DNA of 64,000 nt, taken from contig NC_083237.1 of NCBI RefSeq assembly GCF_032191835.1, positions 44,826,001 to 44,890,000 on the forward strand, read 5' to 3'. Under the pieces are notes generated by a model. That model was not told the origin of the DNA and ran no database searches. It saw only the letters and a list, made by a program, of their open reading frames with translations. Positions 38,323 to 48,821 of this stretch are shown in pieces. Both the position numbers and the translations under genes were made by a program. Numbering within the stretch: the stretch's first letter is position 1; each line of letters begins with the position of its first letter. Source of the stretch: Heteronotia binoei (Eukaryota).

Positions 38323-38924
38323 ACATCCTTCGTGTCTCTCAGATGTGTGCACACATACATAGGATACATGGGATAACCTGCACCGTGGTGAATCTACTCT
38401 GCCCCATCCCAATTCTCATGCAGCCAGCTGACATGCTTGCTGGAGGAATTTTGCAGGAATCCCTCACCTGGTCCGTGGCAACCACTCCAGCCCTGCTCCA
38501 AAAACAGGAACACTGTAGCTACCACCACCTGCACATGCCCCAGGCAGACCTGAAACAAATGTTGGGTCCTCATTGTAGGCACAAAAGTTGCCACTGCCCA
38601 CAGCTGTGCGGCTAGTCTTTGGGAGAGTTGGGAAGATGGAGGCAGGAAGCATGCACAAGGGAGGGGGAGTTGCAAGGGGTGCTGGAGGTCTTAGGAATTA
38701 CCACTGGTCAGTCACAGCCCAAGGGTGTTTGGCCCGATGCTGCCGTCTCTGAATAGTCTTCAGTTGCTCCAGAAAGATTGGAACCAGATGGTTGTGAGGG
38801 AGCAGACTACACATTACTGAGTGATAAATGCATCTTTTTTATCTTCTGTGAAATCTGTAGAGTGGAACCGTATGGTTGTACTTCAGCTAAACCGCTTCAG
38901 TAGCCCCAGGGTCACTGCAATTGG

Positions 38925-39125
38925 ACTGTGGCTCAGTGGCAGAGCATCTGCTTGGCATGCAGAAGGTCCCAGGTTCAATCCCCAGCATCTCCACTTAAAA
39001 AGACCAGGGAGTAGTTGATGTGAAAGACTTTGGCCTGAAACCCTGTAGAGCATCTGCCAGTCTGAGTAGACAATACTGATCCTGATGGACCTAGTTCAGT
39101 ATAAGGCAACTTCCTGTATGTTCAA
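38925..39125 (+). mobile_element. Squam2-like SINE
   Basis: gtggctcagtggcagagcatctgcttggcatgcagaaggtcccaggttcaatccccagc...cagtataaggcaacttcc. Confidence 0.8.
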
Positions 39126-39821
39126 GGGGCTGCAGTGCCAGAAACCCCCTTGTCTGTCTACCAACCCCGTTAGATACTTCTTGAATCCTGCCAAGGCCCC
39201 TTCTGTGTGCTATGCTTCCAGCTCGAGATACACTCAGCAATGACAAGGGGGCATTCCAAAGCCCAAAGTGTCATAGAGACGTTGACGCATAGAGCACTGA
39301 CCTCTTGGTTGCTGTATCACTGACCAGTTTTCCTGACCAAAGGTGGTTTGCACTGAGAGCACAGTGAATATATCTCTGGGAGGAAAGAAAAGGGAGAGAA
39401 GAGTGCAAGAGAAAGAACAGATCCAGACAGACAGAAGGTAAAAACACATGGGTTTTAAAATAAGGAAAATGTGGTCCCATGTTGCTGATTGGGGTTAAAG
39501 GTAGCTTAGTCTAGAAAGGTTGAAGATCTACCATTGGGAAACAGGGCACTGTTGGATTGTTTACTGTGATTTTCCAAATGCAGGAGGGCTCTTCACAAGT
39601 TCCTGTCTGAGAAGCATGAATGTGCATTGGAGGGGGAGAGATGGACTCGATGGCTCATGGCTCTCACCCATATACATTCTGTAGAACAGGTGTACATGCA
39701 TAGGATTTGTCTGGATGATCGGACACCATGGTAAATGTAGTCCCAATTTTGTGTGCATAATTGATATGTATGAAGACTCTGGTTTGCAAGTTATATGCAT
39801 AAAAGGGTGGGGACAACATCT

Positions 39822-40297
39822 AATCTGGAAAACCAGGTTTGATTCCCCAGTCCTCCACTTGCAGCCAGCTGGGTGACCTTGGGTCAGTCGCAGTTCTCTC
39901 AGGGCTGGTTTGGTGTAGTGGTTAAGTGTGTGGACTCTAATCTGGGAGAACCAGGTTTGATTCCCCAGTCCTCCACTTGCAGCTTCTGGAATGGCCTTGG
40001 GTTAACCATAGCTATTGTAAGAGTTGTCCTTGAAAGGGCAGCTGCTGTGAGAGTCCTCTCAGTCCCACCCATCTCACAGGGTGTCTGTTGTGGGGGGAGA
40101 AGATATAGGAGATTGTAAACCGCTCTGAGTCTCTGATACAGAGAGAGAAGGGCGGGGTAAAAATCTGCAGTTGTCTTCTTCTCTCAGCCCCACCTACCTC
40201 ACAGGGTGTCTGCTATGGGGAGGGGAAGGGAAGGTGATTGTAAGCCCCTCTGAGACTCCAAGTGAAGGGTGGGATATAAATCCAACTCTTCTTTTTC
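39822..40297 (+). mobile_element. Nested Squam3-like SINEs (long form 39903-40178 inside a short form)
   Basis: The short form is interrupted at ttctctcag, which is duplicated (39894-39902, 40179-40187) around a full long-form copy. Confidence 0.82.
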
Positions 40298-40489
40298 ATC
40301 TGGCCCCCTTCTGTACATGTTCATGTTCTCTCCTCAGATAAATAAAACAGTTCAGTGGCAAATTAAAGACTAACAAAATGTATTCCAGCACAAACTTCTA
40401 TAAATAAATTTTGTCTGTCTTTAAGGTGTCTCAAGATGCCGATTTTGCTGCTAGACTAACCAGGCTTTTTTGCCACCAAAAAAGCTGAC

Positions 40490-40670
40490 ATGGTGATCCC
40501 GTAGGGTTTTCGTGCCAAGAGATGAAGGGAGGTGGTTTGCCATTACCTGCCTCTGCATAGCAACCCTGGACTTCCTTGGTGGTCTCCAAATACTGACCAG
40601 GACCAACTCTGCTTAGTTTCCGAGATCTGATGAAATCAAACTAGGTTGGGCTAACCAGGTCAGGGCTACT
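40490..40670 (-). mobile_element. 5S-derived SINE
   Basis: ggtttgccattacctgcc...cttccttggtggtctcc...tgcttagtttccgagatctgatga. Confidence 0.6.
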
Positions 40671-41023
40671 CATCTGGAATTACCTCCCCAGACAGGAACT
40701 TGTGAACTTTCCTAGTTTGTCTTCTGTTCTGAGCCTTCTAAGAGACCTGCTTGTAGTGTCTGGTGTCAGGGAGACATTTGAGCAGCTACTGGTTTTTGTA
40801 TAGCCTCTTCTTCCCAGAAGACCTGATACCTGGTCCACTCAGCACCCCTCTTATCTACACATATCTGCCAGTAGAGTTGCCAGCTCTGGGTCGGAAAATA
40901 CCTGGAGAATTTGGGGGTGGAGCCAGGAGAGGGCAGGGTTTGGGGAGGGGAGGGACTTCAACATGGTACAGTGCCATAGAATCCACCCCTCAAAGCAGCC
41001 ATTTTCTCCAGGGGAAAATATAA

Positions 41024-41236
41024 ACGGTGGCTCAGTAGTAGAGCATCTGCTTGGTAAGCAGAAGGTCCCAGGTTCAATCCCCGGCATCTCCAACTAAAAA
41101 GAGTCCAGGCAAGTAGGCATGAAAAACCTCAGCTTGAGACCCTGGAGAGCCACTGCCAGTCTGAGTAGACGATACTGACTCTGATGGACCGAGGGTCTGA
41201 TTCAGTAGAAGGCAGCTTCACAGGTTCATAGGTTCA
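41024..41236 (+). mobile_element. Squam2-like SINE
   Basis: acggtggctcagtagtagagcatctgcttggtaagcagaaggtcccaggttcaatcccc...ctgattcagtagaaggcagcttca. Confidence 0.85.
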
Positions 41237-41838
41237 CCGATCAACACTACGATTCACACAATGTGTGTACATGCGTATCATTTAGTGCAAGTATAAGACA
41301 AAATAATAAAATAAAGGAATGCTAGGAAAATGCTCTCCCCCAATCAATTCACTACAACATTTCCACATAGGTAACAGCCTTAACACAGTCCATAACTCAG
41401 TGATGTAGGGTGGAATCCTTAGTAGTTCTGCTCATGATGTTGTGCTGGAGAGAATAAGGAACCATATAGAAAGGAGTCCTCACGGTTTCGCTTACTCAGT
41501 TCTTTGTCAGCCTCTTCTCTCACCGTTTCATGGAGCCACAGTAACTTTGTTCGAAACACGGATCAACGCATGCTCTAAAACTCTGCTGCCGACTCTCTGA
41601 GCTTTACAGCATGTGTTGATTCATGTTGGAAACAAAGTGGAAGCTGGCCCAGGGCCCCTAAAGGCATGGGGGCCCATAGGCCAGTGCCTACTTGGCTTAA
41701 TTGTTAAACCGGCTCTGCCTCTATACCTTGTGGCTAGCCATGGATGGACAGTCCTGTGCTTTACAACACACAAATGACTTGGGTCTGATGTTTTGCACTT
41801 TCTGGGTCTTGTTTCTTTCTCTCACCGCACAGGCAGGG

Positions 41839-42363
41839 ATGCTGATTCTGTTCCACGCTGTGATCTCCCCACTGCTCTGTGCCATTCATGCTGTCCCCCT
41901 TGGCCAGGAGAATGCTGTCATCAACACTACCGAGATCACGGAGATGGTCCTCTTCTCCGCACGGGTTGTCCTTTCCCCCCAGGAGCTCTCAGCCCCCCCC
42001 TTGGTCGACAGCCCCAGTGCCCTTGATGAGTGGTCAGTGTGCAGGAGCGTCAGTACATGGGTGGCGGACAAACGAACAGCGGTGGACATCGCTGGCAGAA
42101 ATGTAACAGTGCTTCCTACAGTCCAAACTTCTGCTGGCGTGCTCAAGCAGTATTTTTATGAGACCAAGTGTCAACCTGCTTGGGCCACCGACATGAGAGG
42201 TTGCTTGGGGGTGGACTCACGCCACTGGATCTCCAGGTGCAAGACAAAACAGTCATTTGTGAGGGCCCTCACTCAGGATTCTGAAGAACGGGTGCACTGG
42301 CGCTGGATCCACATCGACACATCTTGCGTCTGTTCCCTGTTCAACCGCACTGGCCAGACGTAG
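41839..42363 (+). CDS. NTF4-like neurotrophin paralog, 174 aa, no dibasic pro-cleavage site
   Basis: Signal peptide [18 protein letters not shown]; [12 protein letters not shown] pro motif; six knot Cys; 73/107 identical to the upstream NTF4 from Cys1 onward (manual alignment); polypyrimidine acceptor ctcaccgcacag at 41832; open frame to TAG. Confidence 0.9.
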   Translation: MLILFHAVISPLLCAIHAVPLGQENAVINTTEITEMVLFSARVVLSPQELSAPPLVDSPSALDEWSVCRSVSTWVADKRTAVDIAGRNVTVLPTVQTSAGVLKQYFYETKCQPAWATDMRGCLGVDSRHWISRCKTKQSFVRALTQDSEERVHWRWIHIDTSCVCSLFNRTGQT

Positions 42364-42573
42364 AGAGGAAGAGAAAGGGGGCAGCGGTCTTCCTGGCTCA
42401 TTAAGGCCCCCCAAGAGAGAACTATCAAGAATATAAATAAGCATGTTCTATATAGATATATATTGATAATAAGTTTAGTTTTTTGTAAAATCAGATAGCT
42501 GTTTATGTATGATCTAGATGATCACAGATGTTTGCAATTGTATATCTATTAGATGATTGTACAAGATTGCAGT

Positions 42574-42739
42574 TAGGGTTGTATTGGAAAACACTTGGAG
42601 ACTTGGGGGGGGGGATATTGGAGAGGTGGGGTTTGGGGAGGGGTCTCAGCACAGTACAATGCCATAGAGTCCACCCTTCAAAACAGCCATTTTCTCCAGA
42701 GGGATATTTCCAGGCCCCACCTGGAGGCTGGCAACCCTA
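42574..42739. mobile_element. hAT MITE (TAGGGTTG-TIR family)
   Basis: TAGGGTTG...GCAACCCTA with perfect TSD attgcagt. Confidence 0.85.
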
Positions 42740-43639
42740 ATTGCAGTTTATGCTTTATGTTTGTGTTTCTGTTAACTGAAATTTTAGAAAAAGAAAAAAA
42801 AAGTGTGTGGATGAGGGGCAGATTAAAAATTCAAAAGCATGCGACTTGATTTTCAGTGTCCTGAATGATTTCCATCGCTTGGTAACTATAGAAAGCAAGA
42901 GGCTTGGATTGGACATTAGAACCAGACTGCACGCACTCCTTCACGTCAGGCCAGGCTCCAGCCCCGAACTAAAACAAAACAAAAAGAGCCGGCAGTTGAC
43001 CAGGGCCTTTAGAAACGAAAGCGTTCTCTGTCCTTGACTGCCATCTAACGGCTGGAAGAGAAATAGCAAGTCCTTAATTGAAAAGAGTTGCATTTTGGAC
43101 TTGTTTTAATTTTTAAAGAGCTACAATGCTAAATATGGACTTCCGTGCAAAAAATGGGAAAGCTCCTACCTATAACTAAAAATCTTTAAGGAAAAAATAT
43201 TTAAATCAGATTCACGCATGGGCATGGGAGAGTACTATTTATTTCTAGGGGCATGAAGAGCAGGGTCATTGTTTTCTTTTTTTGTTTTTTTAAATGATTG
43301 ATTATAGTACACACTGTTTTTTTTAAATGCACACACTCTTCAGAATAAGAGGGAAATAATATTTCACTGGTGGTGCTTGAAAGGAGATACTGTCACAGAT
43401 GCTATTTGATAGGTATGCACGTGACTTAACTATTTGCAGCTGTTGGCTGAAACACTGCAGAACTTTTTAAAACCACCATGGCCCTAGCCTTCCATCTCCA
43501 AGAAAAGGAGAATCACAGTGGCCTACCTTATAGAGCTGTTGTTCAAAGACCACCGTACAGGCGTCTGAACAGCCACAGCCCTTGCACAAAACCCAGGCCG
43601 CCTCCCCATTGTCCAAACCCGCCTGGGCCCCCTGCAGCA

Positions 43640-43827
43640 ATTGTCGGCGACAATCCGGGAGGCCTGGCTGGCTCACAAAGGCCGGATAGAACGCCCGGCT
43701 CCTCAGCGTTCCATCTCCATAGCAACGCTTGTCACTAACGTTCTACTCGCCCCGCCCCTCGCCGGGCTCCCGCGGCAACGACTCTTCCCCGAGCCCCGCA
43801 CGCCATGTCCCAAATGCAGAGCGGGCC
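43640..43827 (+). promoter_or_regulatory. SAXO3 CpG-island promoter with RFX X-box-like sites and GC box
   Basis: ATCTCCATAGCAAC (43713-43726), GCTCCCGCGGCAAC (43766-43779), CCCCGCCCC (43750-43758); CpG-rich to about 44420. Confidence 0.6.
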
Positions 43828-43983
43828 ATGGCGGGCACGTTCGCCGCCTTCCCCTTCGGCTGGGAGGCAGACTCTGGGCTGCTGGTGCCCAGCCGGGGCC
43901 GCAGGCAAGACTGGACGCTGACCAGCAGCGGCGTGGGGCTGGATTATGCCTGCCCGTTGCCCTTCCCACCCCCTTTGGCGCGA
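43828..43983 (+). CDS. SAXO3: SAXO3-like gene, coding exon 1 of 5 (52 aa, MAGTF...LTSSGV...PFPPPLAR)
   Basis: Strong Kozak gggccATGG; donor CGA|gtgagc; matches recalled SAXO3 N-terminus (MAG...W.LTSSGV...PFPPP); lies between NTF4 and LHB as in human. Confidence 0.78.
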
Positions 43984-44203
43984 GTGAGCAAAGCAAACTC
44001 ACACCCGGGGCGCTCACTCCCTCTGCCGGGTCTGGTTTGGTGCACTGGCACCGGGTTTGGTTGGGTGGGTTGGGATAGTCTGGACGCTGAGGTCTTAGCA
44101 AGGGGCACGGGCGCTGGAGCACCCGGGCTGGGTTCAGTTTGGATCCATGCACTTCTCTTTCTTTCCCCTGATGGCCCTTCTTCTCGCTGCTCCTCCTCCC
44201 CAG

Positions 44204-44392
44204 TCGACGATCCATGAGCCGCTGCCCCCGGCCTCGGAGAAAGTATGGCGAGACATGGTCATTCCGCGGCTGGCGACCACGACGCAACTGACCCACTGCC
44301 TAAAGACCCACGGGGGGCCTCTGGCTCAGCTGCGCCACCCTGTGGCCGCCCTGCACTGGACCGTTCACTACAATAAAGACTTACGAGAGAAG
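44204..44392 (+). CDS. SAXO3: SAXO3-like exon 2 (63 aa, STIHEPLPPA...KTHGGP...KDLREK)
   Basis: Acceptor tcctcctccccag, donor AAG|gtaggc, phase 0/0. Confidence 0.82.
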
Positions 44393-44463
44393 GTAGGCGC
44401 GCGGGGGTGGAGTGCCTCTGGGCCAAAGAGGGAGAGGGGCGGTAGCGGAGACTTTGGGGGCTG

Positions 44464-44757
44464 CAACCGTGGCGCAGAGTGTTAAAACTGTAGTACTGCA
44501 GTCCTAAGCTCTGCTCACGACCTGAATTCGATCCGCGGTGGAAGCTGGGTTTTCAGGTAGCTGGCTCCAGGTTGACTCAGCCTTCCATCCTTCCGAGGTC
44601 GGTGAAATGAGTACCCAGCTTGCTGGGGGGGAAGTGTAGATGACTGGGGAAGGCAATGCCAAACCACCGCGTTAAAAAGTCTGCCATGAAAACTTGTGAA
44701 AGCAACGTCACCCCAGAGTCGAAAACGACTGGTGCTTGCACAGGGAACCTTTCCTTT
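44464..44757 (+). mobile_element. Sauria SINE (SAXO3 intron 2)
   Basis: ggttgactcagccttccatccttccgaggtcggtgaaatgagtacccag core. Confidence 0.88.
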
Positions 44758-44866
44758 GCTGGCCTTGGCAAGCCGGCTAAGAGGACGGTAGCTCTGTTGC
44801 CTGCTCTCTCCGACCCTTTCCCTGGCTGTGACCTTTTCCCATGATCTCCCACCTTCTCCTCCACAG

Positions 44867-45028
44867 CTGAAGCGGAGGCCATGGAGGTTCCCGCTGACCA
44901 TGGGTAACCAGAAGAGTGAGATGAGGGATTGCTACCCTGGCTGGCCTAATCTGCCGCACTACCCCACCTTCCACGCTGGACCTCAACCCTTTGGGCTGGC
45001 TGCTCATCATACAGAGGGAGCATCCAAG
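44867..45028 (+). CDS. SAXO3: SAXO3-like exon 3 (54 aa, LKRRPWRFPL...GPQP...HHTEGASK)
   Basis: Acceptor ccttctcctccacag, donor AAG|gtgagt, phase 0/0. Confidence 0.82.
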
Positions 45029-45125
45029 GTGAGTGGCTCATAGGAGTTGCCAGCTCCAGGTTGGGGGAAACAGAGCTTTGCGGGGTGTGGGGGGAGAGGA
45101 GCCTGAGGAGGGGCTTAAATGGGCA

Positions 45126-45411
45126 GAAGAAGAAGATGATGAAGATATTGGAGTTATATCCCGCTCTCCACTCCGAAGAGTCTCAGAGCGGCTCACAATC
45201 TCCTTTCCCTTCCTCCCCACAACAGACACCCTGTGAGGTGGGTGGGGCTGGAGAGGGCTCTCACAGCAGCTCCCCTTTCAAGGACAACCTCTGCCAGAGC
45301 TATGGCTGACCCAAGGCCATTCTAGCAGGTGCAAGTGGAGGAGTGGGGAATCAAACCAGGTTCTCCCAGATAAGAATCCGCACACTTAACCACTACACCA
45401 AACTGGCTCTC
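45126..45411 (-). mobile_element. Squam3-like SINE, long form, inserted in a MITE (about 45040-45530)
   Basis: (gaa)n tail...ttaaccactacaccaaactggctctc. Confidence 0.85.
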
Positions 45412-46056
45412 CGAAGTCCACCTCCCAAAGCAGCCATTTTCTCCAGGGGAGACTGATCTCCGTCACCTGGAGATCAGTTGCAATAGTGGAAGAGATCTCC
45501 AGCCACCACCTGGAGGTTGGTAACAACCCTAGACTGGCTTATATGCCAAGGGCCCTAATGCCTCGTTTGGTCAAATTTGCCCTTTCACATACCTTCCCCT
45601 GGAGTTCTCTTCTGTTTTAGATTAGCAGAGTCTTCCCAGGTAAGTTTTTTGAAGCTGTGTTGAACTTTGATTGGGGAGACCTGTGTTCAAATCCCCACCA
45701 AGTCATAAGCCTTACTAGTTGACTTTGAACCCAGCAGTGGCTCAGACCCTGCCTTGCTGGGCAGGTTTTACCAATTCCCCCCTTATGCTGAAGACCCCTG
45801 ATGGGGCATAGTTTTGGTGGGGCTGCAGTAGAAGGGGGCAGTTAAAAATTAACTTCTGCAGGTGCTGTTCTGCTTTTACGAAATAGCAATGCTACTTCAC
45901 AAGGTTGTTGTGAGGATCAAAGGAGGAGGAGGAGAAGCCTCCTTGGAGCAAGGAAGGGGATAAAAGTTAAACAGGTCAAGCCCATATTGGGACAAATGAT
46001 TTTTCAGAACTCTTTTTAAGCCTGGGGTATAGTTGTGCATGCATATGCAATGTTAT

Positions 46057-46227
46057 CCTCCACTTGCAGCTGCTGGAATGGCCTCGGGTTAGCCATAGCT
46101 ATCTCAGGAGTTGTCCTTGAAAGGGCAGCTGCTCTCAGCCCCACCCACCTCACAGGGTGTCTGTTCTGGGGGGAGAAGATTTAGGAGATTGTAAGCCGCT
46201 CTGAGTCTCTGATTAAGTCTTCTTCTT
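46057..46227 (+). mobile_element. Squam3-like SINE, 5'-truncated
   Basis: cctccacttgcagctgctggaatggcc...gtaagccgctctgagtctctga. Confidence 0.75.
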
Positions 46228-46480
46228 GAAAGCCCAACCCGCACAAGTGCAAAATGGACTCCTGTTCTTTGCACTGGGATTGACATGGTCCTTTCCACAT
46301 TGCACTTCCCTTTTTTATAGCATTCCTTTCTTTTTATTTTTCTGCCCCGACATACCAAGAAGTCATCTGCGTGTGCTCGGAAGGTGGGATGGGGTGGGCC
46401 ACTTCAGCCAATTGTTCTGCAGGGAAGGGAGGGATGGCTTCCAGGCTTCGTCCTCCAGTTGTGCCCTTGACCCCTTACAG

Positions 46481-46608
46481 TCCGTCGTGCCCAGCACCAG
46501 GAATGAAGAGCTGGCAGGAACGCCCTTCTACGTCCGCGACAACGCTGTCCTGCGGCTCAATGAGCCTTACATGTCCATCACCACCCAGGATTTCCATCCC
46601 TTCACACA
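46481..46608 (+). CDS. SAXO3: SAXO3-like exon 4 (SVVPSTRNEELAGTPFYVRD...ITTQDFHPFT)
   Basis: Acceptor ccccttacag, donor CA|gtatgt, phase 0/2; T..DF motif typical of SAXO Mn-type repeats. Confidence 0.82.
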
Positions 46609-46726
46609 GTATGTGGCAATCGGTTGCTATCTTCTGCCTATCACCCATGATCTGTTGTCTGTACCCTTTGGGATCCTGCTCCTTATTAGAAACTCTGACT
46701 TTTAATGCTGCCTTCCTTATGCCTTA

Positions 46727-47025
46727 AGAGCTCCGTGGCACAGAGGGGTAAAGCTGCAGTACTGCAGTCCGAGCTCTCTGCTCACGACCTGTGTTTAATC
46801 CCAGCGGAAGCTGGGTTCAGGTAGCCGGCTCAAGGTTGACTCAGCCTTTCATCCTTCCGAGGTCGGTCAAATGAGGACCCAGCTTGCTGGGGGGGAAGTG
46901 TAGATGACTGGGGAAGGCAATGGCAAACCGTAAAAAAAAAGTCTGCCATGAAAGCGTCATTATGCAGCATCACCCCAGAGTCGGAAACGAATGGTGCTTG
47001 CACAGGGGACTACCTTTACTTCTTT
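46727..47025 (+). mobile_element. Sauria SINE (SAXO3 intron 4)
   Basis: Family core; flanking ttatgcctt is duplicated as a probable TSD. Confidence 0.88.
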
Positions 47026-47234
47026 ATGCCTTGCCAGGGTCTGCATGCATTTGTTTTTCAGGGTGACAGGCCATTAGATGAAGCTATTATTCTTTTAACA
47101 TTTTCATTAATTGATCTGGTTTCTGTTGACATATATTTTGCCCTCGTGAGATTTTAACTAGTCATTGCTTAAAGGGTTTCAAGCTTAACTTTCTCCTCCT
47201 AGGGATTAGATGCTTTTTTTTTTAAAGGGAGATT

Positions 47235-47620
47235 CACAGAATCACAGAGTTGGATGGGGCCCTACAGGCCATCTAGTCCAACCTCTTGCTTCAATGCAAG
47301 ATCAGCCTAGAGCATCCCTGACAAGTGTTTGCTCAGCTGCCGCTTAAAGACTGCCAGTGAGCTCACCAGCCCCCAGGGAGCTGATTCCACTGTTGAACAA
47401 GTATGGTAAAAATGTTTTACCTAATATTCAGCCAGTACCTTCCCGTCCGTAATTTAAACCCATTATTGCGAGTCCTCTCCTCTGCTGCCAACAGGAACAG
47501 CTCCCTGCCCTCCTCTAAGTGACAGCTTTTCAAAAATTTAGAGAGAGTAACCATGTCCCCCCCCTCAACCTCCTCTTCTCCAGGCCATTCCTAAGTCCCT
47601 CAGCCTTTCCTCAAAGGGCT
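47235..47620 (-). mobile_element. CR1 LINE 3' fragment
   Basis: cacagaatcacagagttggatgggg...ggccatctagtccaacc...ctaatattcagcc...cctcctcttctccagg. Confidence 0.85.
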
Positions 47621-47778
47621 TAACACAGACATTCTTAACACTCCTTAAACACTGCCCCTAGAATCACATTCTGTGTTCTTTTTTCCAACACAGCAGGATA
47701 AGCGTACTTCCTCTTCTACAAAAACCACGAGTGCTGCTTTTTACCACGTGTGTGTGTTCTTTCCCTGTCCCTACACAG

Positions 47779-48139
47779 GAAGCAACTACAAGGTTACGCC
47801 CGAAAGGATGATTCGAAACAGAACCCAGAGGGCCGGGATATTTATCCTCTGATCCGGGTGCCTGGGCCGATGCGGGACGTCAGCCAGTTCCACCTTGCCA
47901 CCCGGGTGCCTCGCCTGGTTCCCAGCACAGCCCCTGTGCCCTACCGGGGCTTTCGCAGCCTGGCACAGGAGTCCTACCAACTGCCCAATGACCACCGGCG
48001 CACGTGGGACCGTTTCTGCCCGGTGGAGAGGCCACCAACCGTCTCCTACAAGGTGCCCGTGGTGGAGATCCTGTGCATACCAGGCATGTACGAGACGGAG
48101 TATAAGTGCTATGGAAGCAGCAAACCGGTGCCCGTATAA
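47779..48139 (+). CDS. SAXO3: SAXO3-like exon 5, terminal (GYARKD...SLAQESY...DRFCP...YETEYKCYGSSKPVPV*)
   Basis: Acceptor ccctgtccctacacag completes the phase-2 codon CA|G; spliced CDS 996 nt = 331 aa. Confidence 0.82.
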
Positions 48140-48420
48140 GATCTGGGCATAGCAGTTCCATAACAGTTTCAATCCCTGTCCTTCCTGCGAACAGAAAAAA
48201 ATATATAATTTTCTGGAGATGTTCATTTTAATGAAACTATTCTACTCTTCTACCTGGTATTTAGAACCATTTGGTGGGGGGCACATCTTGGGCTACTCCA
48301 GATTAAAAATGAGCTGGTTTGGGGATGGATTTTTTTGTGTGTGGGGGGGGAAAGCTGTGGTGAGTTAATATGTATTTTTGACTTCCAGAAGAGGTAATCG
48401 GAGAAAACGCAAAAGAATGG

Positions 48421-48426
48421 AATAAA
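48421..48426 (+). terminator. Probable SAXO3 polyadenylation signal
   Basis: First AATAAA downstream of the stop codon (282 nt). Confidence 0.55.
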
Positions 48427-48535
48427 CAAACTGAAGTGAATTCTTGTGGAGGGAAGAATATTAGCTTCAGAATTCCAGTGGTTCAAGACAGCTTGCCACA
48501 GTGCAAGAAATTTGTTGAGCTGTACGTCTGACTTA

Positions 48536-48813
48536 CTGTTTGGTGTAGTGGTTAAGTGTGCGGACTTTTAACTGGGAGAACCAGGTTTGATTCCCCACTC
48601 CTCCACTTGCACCTGCTGGAATGGCCTTGGGTTAGCCATAGCTATCGCAGGAGTTGTCCTTGAAAGGGCAGTTGCTGTGAGAGCCCTCTCAGCCCCACCC
48701 ACCTCACAGGGTGTCTGTTGTGGGGGGGAAAAGATATAGGAAATTGTAAGATGCTCTGAGTCTCTGATTCAGAGAGAAGGGCGGGGTATAAATCTGCAGT
48801 TGTCGTCTTCTTC
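48536..48813 (+). mobile_element. Squam3-like SINE, long form
   Basis: tttggtgtagtggttaagtgtgcggac...gggcggggtataaatctgcagttgtcgtcttcttc. Confidence 0.85.
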
Positions 48814-48821
48814 ATTTAGGG

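Noticed and set aside
43641-44296. Alternative-frame and antisense ORFs over the SAXO3 5' end
   Set aside because: Cross intron 1 and are explained by CpG-island composition
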